DNA of 64,000 nt from Holophagales bacterium (GCA_009837885.1 VXSP01000014.1:31498-95497); one strand, 5' to 3'. Shown: positions 37,924-53,998, numbered from the stretch's first letter. The notes: a model not told the origin generated them from the letters alone. Program-made: numbers and translations.

Positions 37924-38412
37924 GTGTCCGGCACCTACTCACTACGCCTCGGCAAGGAGGACTTCAAGTTCTCGGCGGCGCACTTCACGGTGTTCTCGGA
38001 GGACGAGGCGGAGGCTCTTCACGGACACAACTACCGGGTGCGCGTGGAACTGGGCGGTCCAGGGGTGGACGAGTTGGAGTTCCTCGTGCCGGTCGCCGCG
38101 GCGAAGCGGGACATCCGGTCGCAATGCGCGGAGCTCGACGAGAAGGTCCTGCTGCCCGAGGAGTGCCCGCATCTGGAGCTGACTCGATCCGGCGAGACCG
38201 TAACTACCCGGTTCGGAACGCGGCGGTACGAGTTCCCGTCATCGGAGGTCGTCCTCCTGCCGGTAGCGAACGTGACCGTCGAGGCGCTGGCCCGGCTGCT
38301 CTGGGAACGCCTGGCGGACCGATGGGGCTCTCTCCGCGACCGAGTGAAAACGCTCGAAGTCATCGTGGCCGAAACCCGGGGCCAGGGCGCCAGCTACCGG
38401 CGCAAACTCTAG
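37924..38412 (+). CDS. 6-pyruvoyl-tetrahydropterin synthase family protein (PTPS/QueD fold)
   Basis: VSGTYSLRLGKEDFKFSAAHF...LHGHNYRVRVEL (HGH zinc motif) ...EC.HLE. GTG at 37924 preferred over the track ATG at 37870. No Cys four residues before HGH, so probably not a canonical QueD. Confidence 0.8.
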   Translation: MSGTYSLRLGKEDFKFSAAHFTVFSEDEAEALHGHNYRVRVELGGPGVDELEFLVPVAAAKRDIRSQCAELDEKVLLPEECPHLELTRSGETVTTRFGTRRYEFPSSEVVLLPVANVTVEALARLLWERLADRWGSLRDRVKTLEVIVAETRGQGASYRRKL

Positions 38413-38422
38413 GAGCATCGCC

Positions 38423-38857
38423 TTGAAGACGCAGTTCGATCCCGACGACAGCCAGGCGGCGACCCTCCGCGGACTCGATCCCGACGCCCCGGTTGCCGCG
38501 CTCAACCTCTTCCAGTTCAACGACCGCGCCCGGTACGCACCCGGCGACGAGGAGTACGGAACCGAGGAAGCCGAAGTCTCCGGTCAGGAGGCCTTCCAGC
38601 GATACGCAGCCTCCGCGGGACAGGTCCTTGCCGACCTGGGAGGCCACGTTGCGTTCACCACGATGGTGGATCACGTGATGATCGGGCCTTCGGACCCGGC
38701 CTGGCACGTCGCGGCGATCATGGTCTTCCCTTCCCGGCGGGCCTTCATCGAGATGACGATGAACCCCGAGTTCCAGGCCGCCTCCCGCCACCGGAAGGCC
38801 GGCCTGGCGAACCACTACCAGGTGCACCTGAACGGCGCGCCCTGGGTGGAGGGGTAG
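38423..38857 (+). CDS. DUF1330-family protein
   Basis: 144 aa; C-terminal region (VAAIMVFPSRRAFIEMTMNPEFQAASRHRKAG) resembles the DUF1330/dimeric alpha-beta-barrel family as recalled. Confidence 0.7.
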   Translation: MKTQFDPDDSQAATLRGLDPDAPVAALNLFQFNDRARYAPGDEEYGTEEAEVSGQEAFQRYAASAGQVLADLGGHVAFTTMVDHVMIGPSDPAWHVAAIMVFPSRRAFIEMTMNPEFQAASRHRKAGLANHYQVHLNGAPWVEG

Positions 38858-38970
38858 TCAGCTCCCGCTTCCCTCCTTCGGGCGAGGCCCCATCGTTGCA
38901 AGCGAGGGCCTGCCAAGAGGACCGGCACTCCACGCCGTGCCGCAAACGCCGACAACGACCAGTCCGCGGC

Positions 38971-39131
38971 GGCGTCCGGAGGGGAGGGTCCCAGCGGGCT
39001 GGAGGCAAGTGTCTCCCCGGATCGTCACCCCAACCATCATCGAACCGCAGCGAAGCCGACCGAAGCGAGCGCAATCTCCCCCACCACCAGGAAAGCGTGA
39101 GCGGCCGCTGGGACCCTCCCCTCCGGACGCC
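38971..39131. mobile_element. MITE-like element B: 161 bp, perfect 27-bp TIRs (GGCGTCCGGAGGGGAGGGTCCCAGCGG), inverted relative to element A
   Basis: 38971-38997 is the exact reverse complement of 39105-39131. The TIR differs from A at several positions, each change mirrored in both arms. Interior is the reverse complement of A's interior with divergence. Right flank continues into the last codons of rlmD (ends 39146). Confidence 0.7.
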
Positions 39132-39145
39132 GCCCCGGACGGGTA

Positions 39146-40570
39146 TCACCGCCGCCGCTGCACCAACTGCGCGACAGTTTCGAGGTGGGCGGTCTGGGGG
39201 AAGACATCGAAGAAGGAGATGGACTCGAGGTCGAAGTCGCGGGTCAGGTCGCCAAGGTCGCGGGCGAGGGTGGCGGGGTCGCAGGAGACGTAGGTCAGGC
39301 GGCGGGGCGCGGCGTTGAGGAGGGCGCTGCGGACCTTTCGCGCCAGGCCGCCGCGGGGCGGATCGACCAGCACCCGGTCGAGGCCGGATTCCAGACCCGG
39401 GCCGCCGCGCCTCCGGTCGATCCAGCTATCGACCGCCGACCGCTCGACGCGGCAGTGGCGGAGACCGTTGCGGCGCAGGTTGTTCCGCGCGTAGCGGGCG
39501 GCGACCGACTCGCCTTCCACGGCCGTGACGGACCGGTAGCGATCGGCGAGACCGACGGTGAAGAAGCCGACGCCGGCGTAGAGCTCCGCGGCGGCCTCGC
39601 CCTCGAAGGGTCCGACCGCCGACAACAGAAGCGACTCCAGGAGCCCGCCGTGCGCCTGGAAGAAGCAGCGGGCGTCGTAGCTGAGCCGTTTCCCCAGAAG
39701 ATCGATCTCGAGTTCTCCGCCCGGCAACCCGTCGACGGGCGGCGCCGCCACCACCGGACTGTCCGGCTCCAGACCCGCCGTCGCCAGGCTGAGGCGGCTC
39801 GGCGGTTTCCTGGAAGCAGCAGCCCGGTCGACCAGCAGCAAAGACAGACCGCGCAGCTCATTCTCGAGCGCCGGAGCGAGCACCGGACAGCGGTCGACGA
39901 GGACCAGGTCGCGGCTGCGACGGCGCCGGAAGCCAACGCCGACCGGCTCCTCCGCACCCGGCTGGCGCGTCCCCGCGTCAGCCGCGTCACAGTCCGAGCG
40001 CCCGTCTTCGGGCGGTCGGATGTCGCGCGGGGCAACATGAACCTGTGCCCGCAGCCGATAGCCCCAGGCCCTCTCGCTCACCGGCTCCTCGAAGCGGCAC
40101 GCGGCGAGCTGGGCCGGGTCGATACCGCCCAGCCGGCGCAACGTCTCCATGGCCGCCGCCACCTTGAGGCCCAACTGCTCCGCGTCCTCGATGTGCTGGA
40201 GCTGGCAGCCGCCGCAACGCTCGTAGAACGGACATGGCGCTTCTCGCCGTAGCGGCCCCGGCGTTTTCACCTCTTCGATCTCCGCGCGGGCGTAGCTCGG
40301 GCGACGCTCGGTGATCCTGGCCTCCACCACGTCGCCGGGGGCGGCGCGCGGCACGAACACCGGCATGCCGCGCCACCGCGCCAGGCCGTCGCCGCCGAGC
40401 ACGATCTTCTCGATGGTCAGCTCCAGGCGATTGATGCCGGCCAGTGCCGCCAACGCTTCCAGGCGCTCGGCCGACAGCGGCTGCTTCCTGGGACTCGCTT
40501 CACCGCCGCCAAAGCCGTCGCGGACGCCGTGTTTGGCCCCAGCCCCCACCTCGCTAGCACCCTGCGCCAC
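39146..40570 (-). CDS. rlmD: 23S rRNA (uracil-C5)-methyltransferase RlmD/RumA family (TRAM + Fe-S + SAM-MTase)
   Basis: TRAM domain (LELTIEKIVLGGDGLARWRGMPVFVPRAAPGDVVEARI), cysteine cluster CPFYERCGGCQLQH, C-terminal DPPRGG...YVSCDPATLARD MTase motifs. N-terminal start not verified. Confidence 0.85.
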   Translation of the reverse strand: MAQGASEVGAGAKHGVRDGFGGGEASPRKQPLSAERLEALAALAGINRLELTIEKIVLGGDGLARWRGMPVFVPRAAPGDVVEARITERRPSYARAEIEEVKTPGPLRREAPCPFYERCGGCQLQHIEDAEQLGLKVAAAMETLRRLGGIDPAQLAACRFEEPVSERAWGYRLRAQVHVAPRDIRPPEDGRSDCDAADAGTRQPGAEEPVGVGFRRRRSRDLVLVDRCPVLAPALENELRGLSLLLVDRAAASRKPPSRLSLATAGLEPDSPVVAAPPVDGLPGGELEIDLLGKRLSYDARCFFQAHGGLLESLLLSAVGPFEGEAAAELYAGVGFFTVGLADRYRSVTAVEGESVAARYARNNLRRNGLRHCRVERSAVDSWIDRRRGGPGLESGLDRVLVDPPRGGLARKVRSALLNAAPRRLTYVSCDPATLARDLGDLTRDFDLESISFFDVFPQTAHLETVAQLVQRRR

Positions 40571-40605
40571 GGAACTTGCTTCGCTGCGTTCTGCGGCGCA
40601 GGGTC

Positions 40606-40842
40606 CTAGCCGTGGCCGCCGCCGGTGTGGCGCCGCCCGTGTTCCCAGGCCGGGTCCCGGCGCGCGAACTCATCGAGTTCGCTCGGCACTTCGACGAGGG
40701 TCCGGCTGAGTTCCGGATCGCAGACATCGTTCTCGCACTCGTAGACGTAGACGTTCCAGTCGTCCCGCCGGCGGTAGGCGCACAGCGTCTGGTAGGTGTC
40801 GCAGTGGCCGCACTTGATCGAGAGGTTGCGAATGTTGATCAC
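40606..40842 (-). CDS. Small cysteine-rich zinc-ribbon-like hypothetical protein (77 aa)
   Basis: MINIRNLSIKCGHCDTYQTLCAYRRRDDWNVYVYECENDVCDPE: C-x2-C ... C-x5-C spacing; strong GC3 codon bias supports coding. Confidence 0.55.
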   Translation of the reverse strand: MINIRNLSIKCGHCDTYQTLCAYRRRDDWNVYVYECENDVCDPELSRTLVEVPSELDEFARRDPAWEHGRRHTGGGHG

Positions 40843-40890
40843 GGCGCCATCGCCCTCCCGGTTCGCGGGAACCGCTGCCTGTCCCGGGCC

Positions 40891-41442
40891 TCAGCCGGAC
40901 GTGACGGCGAGCGCTTCCTCGATCGCGTTGCGGATCACGGTGGCACCGGTGATGCCGATCGAGATGTAGGAAACGTCGCCCCGAGGGTCCAGCACGACGA
41001 GCGTCGGCAAGGCGTAGAGCTCCGCCGCCCCCATCACCTCCTCCTCGGGGTCGAGCAGCACCGGGTAGCTGAACGGTGTCTTCTCGACGTATCCGCGGAC
41101 TGTCTCCGGATCCTCCCCGGAATTCAAGGCCAGGAACGACACTCCCCGGCCGGCGTACTCCTCGCGCAGCTTCTCGAGGATCTCCGCCTGGTAGACGCAG
41201 GGCTTGCACCACGTCGCCCACATGTCGACCACGACGACATCGCCCCGCAGGTCCGGCGGCCCCAGCCGCGACCCGTCCAGCGTGTCCAACTGGAAGCTGG
41301 TCAGGATCGGATCGAGTTCCGCGATCTCCGGCGGCTCGGCACCCGCGACGATGCCCGACACCAGGAAACCGAAAACCGTAACCAGGACCGCTCCGGCCAC
41401 GCCCAGGCCGATCAGCAGACCGACCGCCAAACGCCTTGTCAT
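40891..41442 (-). CDS. TlpA/ResA-family thiol-disulfide oxidoreductase (membrane-anchored thioredoxin fold)
   Basis: N-terminal TM, WATWCKPC active site. Confidence 0.85.
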   Translation of the reverse strand: MTRRLAVGLLIGLGVAGAVLVTVFGFLVSGIVAGAEPPEIAELDPILTSFQLDTLDGSRLGPPDLRGDVVVVDMWATWCKPCVYQAEILEKLREEYAGRGVSFLALNSGEDPETVRGYVEKTPFSYPVLLDPEEEVMGAAELYALPTLVVLDPRGDVSYISIGITGATVIRNAIEEALAVTSG

Positions 41443-41601
41443 GCCGGCAGACTAACAGTGGAGGTGCGCGTCGCGCCGAGAGCGGTCAGGCGCCCGCCCA
41501 GCAAAGCGCGACGAGGGAGCACATAGTGGGCCGTATTGCGAAGCAATCGAAGCTGGTCACGCCGAGCGAGGAGCAACGACGCTGGGCATGGCCGCTCTCG
41601 G

Positions 41602-44484
<2,883 letters not shown>

Positions 44485-44599
44485 CTGCTACCTCCCTGGT
44501 CAGCACGGGTCCCAACGTGGACCCGTGGGCTTTCGCGGTGAATGTCGAACTGTAGCCCAGAACGGCCCTCCGGCGCAAGCAGAATCGCCGCGAAAACCA

Positions 44600-44690
44600 C
44601 TTCATGTAGCCCCACGGGTTCCACATGCCCACTAGATATGGACATCCATCGCTTCATAGCGTTCTATCTATGAATGTGGAGCTTCTTCGG
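44600..44690 (-). promoter_or_regulatory. AT-rich nrdJ promoter region with partially palindromic NrdR-box-like sequences
   Basis: An unusually AT-rich stretch for this genome, with two imperfect palindromes (CCACTAGATATGG; TTCATAG...CTATGAA), upstream of nrdJ in a genome encoding NrdR. Match to the ACACWATATATWGTGT consensus is only partial. Confidence 0.3.
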
Positions 44691-44740
44691 AGAGCAGCGG
44701 TAGATCCTGCGGATTCGAGGCGGCGATAAGCTCCTCAGCC

Positions 44741-46309
<1,569 letters not shown>

Positions 46310-46333
46310 GCCTGCGATACGAGGGGTGATCCG

Positions 46334-46606
46334 GTGAAGTCGGCCTACGAGAGGGCGCTCGAGAAACTCGAGAGCCGCGGCATCTCGGCGCCCCGGCAGG
46401 ACGCCCTGGACGAAGAGCAGCGGCGGCGGATCGAAGAAGCCCGCGGCCGCCACCAGGCGAAGGTGGCCGAACTCGAGATCCTCCACCGCAAGAACCTCGC
46501 CGCGGACCCGGCCAAGCGGCTCGAGGAGGAAGAGAACTACCGCGTCGAGCTACAGCGTCTCGGCGAGCGCCTGGAGCGCGACATCGAGCGCATCCGCCGC
46601 GGTTGA
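46334..46606 (+). CDS. Hypothetical small charged coiled-coil protein (90 aa)
   Basis: GTG start; strong GC3 bias; sequence is uniformly charged/helical (EEQRRRIEEARGRHQAKVAELE...). Confidence 0.5.
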   Translation: MKSAYERALEKLESRGISAPRQDALDEEQRRRIEEARGRHQAKVAELEILHRKNLAADPAKRLEEEENYRVELQRLGERLERDIERIRRG

Positions 46607-46613
46607 GGCCGGC

Positions 46614-49859
<3,246 letters not shown>

Positions 49860-50165
49860 GAGCGCGCGGAGTGTATAAGCAACCGCGCGCGTTCCCGGGG
49901 CACTCCGCCAGCGGAAAAACGCCGCGCGGAAGAAACACTTTGGCGCCGAGTGGCGTATACTTCCAACAGAGGCGGCACCGAGCCACAGGCAAGAGTCGAA
50001 TCGACTTCGCGCCCTGGCTCCTGTGTCGTCACCCACCGGGTCGCGACTGGACGCGTCCGCGTCCAGAGGAACTGCGACCCACCCCCGGACACAGTCCGGA
50101 CCTGCCTTCAAACCCTCAACTTCCGCTCAGCGGCCACTGGCCGGCTGAGGCGCGATTCAAACCCG

Positions 50166-50193
50166 GGAGGGGTTGCTCCAGAGCAACCCCTCC
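50166..50193 (-). terminator. Strong 12-bp-stem hairpin (GGAGGGGTTGCT-CCAG-AGCAACCCCTCC) downstream of the FtsX-like permease gene
   Basis: Perfect palindrome seen in sequence; flanking U-tracts are short on both strands, so terminator function is uncertain. Sequence flavour resembles the MITE TIRs. Confidence 0.35.
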
Positions 50194-50221
50194 TTCCACA
50201 TTTGGCGGCCCTGGTGCGGCC

Positions 50222-51460
50222 CTATTCCCAGTGGAGCGCCCGCGCCGGCTCGAGCGACGAAGCCAGCCGCGCGGGCCACCAGCACGCGAGGCCGACGACG
50301 AGGAGGCTGAAGCCGGCCACCGCCAGCAGGTCCAGGGCCCGCACGTCGAACGGGACGCTGCTGATGAAGTAGATCTCTGCCACGCCGGGATCGAACCGCA
50401 CCAGTTCGTAGCGAGTGATGGTCGCGCTGACCAGCGAGCCGAGCAGCAGACCGAGGCCGGTGCCCGCGGCGCCAAGGCTCAACCCGCAGACCAGGAACAC
50501 CCGCCGCAGCCGCCGGGGGCCCAGCCCCAGCGCCCCGAGCACCGCCGTGTCCCTGCCCCGCTCCCGCACCATGACGACCAGGGCCGCGGCGATGTTGAAC
50601 GTCGACACCAGCACGATCAGGCCCAGCACCAGGAACAGGCCCCACTTCTGGAGCCGAAGCGCCGCGAAGATGTCCCGGTTGCCCCGTCGCCAGTCCGTGA
50701 CGAGCGCATCGCCGCCGACCAGCTCCTCGATGCTCCGCTGCACCGCCGACGGGTCGGCGCCCTCAGACGTCGCCACCTCGAGCACCACGCCGACCGCGCC
50801 GAGGGCCTCGACCGCGTCCCGGTGGAGGACCGCGTAGCTGCGGTCGTACTCGGAGAACCCGGTCTCGAAGGCGCCAGCCACCCGCAGCGTGCGGTAGGCG
50901 AAGCGTGGCTGGCCCGAGGACGAACCGACGATCGCCGTCAGCCGCAGCAGGTCCCCGTCCGCCGCGCCGAGCGTCCGCTGGAGCTGCCGGCCGAGGACGA
51001 CCGCGTCGAAGCCGTCGGCGCTCCGTTCGAGTTGCTCTTCGCCGGCGCCGAAGGAGGAGGCGCCGGGCAGAACGCCCCGGAACCAGACATCCACGCCGGC
51101 CGGATTCGCCCCGCTCAGAAGCTGGCCCTGGCCAGCCAGCGTAGCGCCGACCCGTTCCACGCCGGGCAGCCGCCGCAGCCGGCCGGCCGTTTCGTCGGCC
51201 GCAGCGAGATCTCCCGCGGCTTCTCCCAGAGGCGTGACGACCAGAGGTCCGCTCTGGAGCAGCCGGTTCTCCACCGAGCTCGTGTAGCCACTCATCAGGG
51301 CCATCGAGACGACCATCGCTGCCACGCCCAGACCGGTCGACCCGAGGGCCGACCTCGCGGTCCCGGTCAGGAGCCGGCTTCGTCCTCCGAGCAGGTAGCG
51401 CGCGGCGATCCACCAGACCACGCGGCCCGCCCTCTCCGCCCGTTCCCTGGGATCACCCAC
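50222..51460 (-). CDS. FtsX-like ABC transporter permease (LolC/LolE family)
   Basis: N-terminal TM (VWWIAARYLLGGRS), large periplasmic domain, C-terminal FtsX 3-TM domain; sits between carA and carB. Confidence 0.8.
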   Translation of the reverse strand: MGDPRERAERAGRVVWWIAARYLLGGRSRLLTGTARSALGSTGLGVAAMVVSMALMSGYTSSVENRLLQSGPLVVTPLGEAAGDLAAADETAGRLRRLPGVERVGATLAGQGQLLSGANPAGVDVWFRGVLPGASSFGAGEEQLERSADGFDAVVLGRQLQRTLGAADGDLLRLTAIVGSSSGQPRFAYRTLRVAGAFETGFSEYDRSYAVLHRDAVEALGAVGVVLEVATSEGADPSAVQRSIEELVGGDALVTDWRRGNRDIFAALRLQKWGLFLVLGLIVLVSTFNIAAALVVMVRERGRDTAVLGALGLGPRRLRRVFLVCGLSLGAAGTGLGLLLGSLVSATITRYELVRFDPGVAEIYFISSVPFDVRALDLLAVAGFSLLVVGLACWWPARLASSLEPARALHWE

Positions 51461-52523
51461 AGACGTCGAGGAACTCCCCGAACAGTCGCGCAGCGTCGTG
51501 GGGCCCCGGCGCCGCCTCCGGGTGATACTGGACCGAGAAGATCGGCCGTCCGGTCGCCTTGAAGGCCTCTACCGTTCCGTCGTTCAGATTGATCGCCGCC
51601 ACCTGGCAGTCGTCGGGAAGGCTGTCGCCGGCGAGAGCGAAGCCGTGGTTCTGGCTCGTGATGGAAACCTCGCCGGTCTCCTCGTCGCGAACCGGCTGGT
51701 TGCCGCCGTGGTGCCCGAACTTCAGCTTGAAGGTCCTGCCACCCAAAGCCAAGCCCAGAAGCTGGTGGCCGAGGCAGATGCCGAATAGCGGCACCCTGGA
51801 CTCGATGAGCTCCCGCACCTCGCCGATGATCTCGTGGAGCGGCTCCGGGTCGCCCGGCCCGTTCGAAAGCACCACGCCGTCGACGTCCAACGCGAGACAC
51901 TCGCCAGCCGGCGTGCGTGCCGGCAGCACGACGACCCGGGCGCCCTGCCGGACCAGCGAGCGAAGGATGTTCCGCTTGACGCCGAAGTCGTAGACCGCCA
52001 GGCGAACCTTCTCCTCGCCCTCCGGCTCCAGCTCGTACGGCGCCTCGCAGGTCACCTCGTCGACGAGGGCCCGCCCCTCCATCGTCGGCTGCCGCCGCAC
52101 TTTCTCGACCAGCTCGTCGTCCGGCCGGTCGCAACTCGTGATCAACCCCCGCATGGCGCCGTGGTCGCGGAGCCGCCGCACCGCGGCCCGCGTGTCGATG
52201 CCCGCGAGCGCCGGCACCCCCGCCGCATTCAGGTATGCGCCCAGTTCACCGTCACCCAGGCCCGAGCGGCGGGCGGTGAACTCGCGAACGACGAACCCCT
52301 CGACCCAGACCCGGTGCGACTCCTCCGCGCCGTCGTACGTCCCGTAGTTGCCGATGTGGGGCTGGGTCATGATGACGATCTGACCCCGGTAGGAGGGGTC
52401 CGTCAGGATCTCCTGGTAACCCGTCATCGAGGTGTTGAAGACGACTTCCGCGAAACGGCTGCCCTCGACCAGGGTCTCGCCGCGGAAGACGGAGCCGTCC
52501 TCGAGAATCAGACGCCCGGTCAC
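51453..52523 (-). CDS. carA: Carbamoyl-phosphate synthase small subunit (glutaminase)
   Basis: RLILEDGSVFRGE..., FNTSMTGYQEILTDPSY, class-I amidotransferase catalytic Cys (PLFGICLGHQLL) with downstream His-Glu (VQYHPEA). GTG at 52521-52523 chosen over the track start at 52688. Confidence 0.9.
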   Translation of the reverse strand: MTGRLILEDGSVFRGETLVEGSRFAEVVFNTSMTGYQEILTDPSYRGQIVIMTQPHIGNYGTYDGAEESHRVWVEGFVVREFTARRSGLGDGELGAYLNAAGVPALAGIDTRAAVRRLRDHGAMRGLITSCDRPDDELVEKVRRQPTMEGRALVDEVTCEAPYELEPEGEEKVRLAVYDFGVKRNILRSLVRQGARVVVLPARTPAGECLALDVDGVVLSNGPGDPEPLHEIIGEVRELIESRVPLFGICLGHQLLGLALGGRTFKLKFGHHGGNQPVRDEETGEVSITSQNHGFALAGDSLPDDCQVAAINLNDGTVEAFKATGRPIFSVQYHPEAAPGPHDAARLFGEFLDVCG

Positions 52524-52921
52524 CGCGCCGGCTCCGACAGTTCCAGCAGCACCCCGCCGGCGCTCTTCGGGTGGACGAACTGAACCGTGGCGCCCTCGGC
52601 GCCGGGGCCGGGCCGCTCGCGCAGGAGAGAGAGTCCGCCCGCTCGCAGCTTCCCGTCGTCCTCGTGAACGTCGTCGCTCCGCATGCACAAGTGGTGTATG
52701 CCCGGGCCGCGCCGCTCGAGGAAGCGCCCCACCGGCGAATCGCTCGAGAGCGGCTCGAGCAGTTCGATCCGCGTGCCGCCGCAGGGGATCATCGCCACCC
52801 GCACGCCTTCGTGCTCGACCACCTCGATCGCCGTGATCTCGAGACCGAGCTTCTCGTAGAACGTCCTCGCCTCTTCGATCGAAGGGACGGCGATCGCGAC
52901 ATGGTCCAGACCCGTGATCAT
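52520..52921 (-). CDS. mce: Methylmalonyl-CoA epimerase (VOC/glyoxalase family)
   Basis: GLDHVAIAV...HLCMRSDDV...GVLLEL, paired VOC modules typical of MCE. Confidence 0.85.
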   Translation of the reverse strand: MITGLDHVAIAVPSIEEARTFYEKLGLEITAIEVVEHEGVRVAMIPCGGTRIELLEPLSSDSPVGRFLERRGPGIHHLCMRSDDVHEDDGKLRAGGLSLLRERPGPGAEGATVQFVHPKSAGGVLLELSEPAR

Positions 52922-52966
52922 CCCCCGAATGCCTCTCGTGTTCTACGTTTGGTGTTGCTGCGCGAC

Positions 52967-53998
52967 TCAGCCCTGCCGGAATCCGCCGACGAACTCGCCG
53001 ACCAGCCGGTCGGCCAGATCGTAGGGGTCGCCTGCCGGCCCGGATTCCCGCGGCGCCCGATTCTGCTGCGAATCGTCGTCCCCGTCCAGAGCCTTCGAGC
53101 CGCCGGCCGCAAGGAGATCACGCCCGAAGCGATCGTCGTCGATCGAGCCCATGGCGAGCCGCAGAACCTCGGCGCGGTACAGGTCCAGCACCCGGCGCCG
53201 GAGCCGCGCCGACCGCCGGGCGCCGATCTCGCCGCCCGCCCGCAGCCGTTCGAAACACGCCGCCACCGTGTCCAGGACCTCCGCCGCGCCGTCGCCCGTT
53301 CGCGCCACGGCCGGCAAGACCGCCGGCGGTTCGCTCCCGGCTCCCTCCGCCAGGTGGAGCATCTCCACGATCGACCGGCGAGCGGCGCCTGCGCCCGGCA
53401 GGTCGCTCTTGTTGACGACGAAGACGTCCGCGATCTCCATCGTCCCGCTCTTGATGGCCTGAACGCCGTCGCCCAGGCCGGGCGCCGTGACCAGAACGAC
53501 CAGGTCCGAGTTCCGGCGGATGGCGGTCTGGGCCTGACCGGTGCCCACGGTTTCCACCAGGATCCACGGAAAACCCGCGGCGTCGAGCAGATCGGTCGCC
53601 GCCGCGGCGGCCTGCGCCAGTCCGCCGCCGGCGCCGCGTGAAGCCATCGAACGGATGAAGACGCCCGGATCGGTTTCCAGGTCGGACATCCGAACCCGGT
53701 CGCCGAGCACGGCGCCGCCGGTCAGCGGGCTGGTCGGATCGAACGCGAGGACCGCCACCGCCTCTCCCCGTTTCCGGAGTTCGCGGGCCAGAGCGGCCGT
53801 CAGCGTGCTCTTGCCGACCCCGGGCGGACCGGTCAGGCCGATCGTCATCGCGCGGCCGGCGCGGCGCCAGGCCGCCCTGGCGAGGGCCAGCGTTTCGCCG
53901 CCGCCCTCGATGGCGGTGAGAGCCCGGCCCAGGCGCCGGGTCTCGCGCCAGGGCTCCGGGTCGTCCAGCCAGGCTTCGGCGGACCGGTCGCCGCTCAT
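52967..53998 (-). CDS. meaB: Methylmalonyl-CoA mutase-associated GTPase MeaB (ArgK)
   Basis: GLTGPPGVGKST P-loop, ETVGTGQ, VNKSD; ATG at 53998 overlaps the stop of the upstream gene (ATGA). Confidence 0.9.
   Translation of the reverse strand: MSGDRSAEAWLDDPEPWRETRRLGRALTAIEGGGETLALARAAWRRAGRAMTIGLTGPPGVGKSTLTAALARELRKRGEAVAVLAFDPTSPLTGGAVLGDRVRMSDLETDPGVFIRSMASRGAGGGLAQAAAAATDLLDAAGFPWILVETVGTGQAQTAIRRNSDLVVLVTAPGLGDGVQAIKSGTMEIADVFVVNKSDLPGAGAARRSIVEMLHLAEGAGSEPPAVLPAVARTGDGAAEVLDTVAACFERLRAGGEIGARRSARLRRRVLDLYRAEVLRLAMGSIDDDRFGRDLLAAGGSKALDGDDDSQQNRAPRESGPAGDPYDLADRLVGEFVGGFRQG

Noticed and set aside
41443-41601. 10-bp inverted repeat CCGAGAGCGG…CCGCTCTCGG spanning the nrdJ/tlpA intergenic region as a terminator
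   Set aside because: Arms are ~100 bp apart with no adjacent U-tract; not a convincing intrinsic terminator.
44485-44740. Cobalamin riboswitch between the two B12-dependent genes (nrdJ and the acyl-CoA mutase)
   Set aside because: No B12-box-like conserved core (GCCACUG-type) on either strand, and the region is too AT-rich and short to resemble the ~200-nt riboswitch architecture.
50140-50165. tRNA-like T-arm-looking sequence GATTCAAACCCGGG / GGGTTTGAATC near the carB upstream gap
   Set aside because: No canonical 7-nt T-loop (lacks the conserved C56 context), no matching acceptor or anticodon stems could be drawn, and the adjacent sequence is the 12-bp palindrome.
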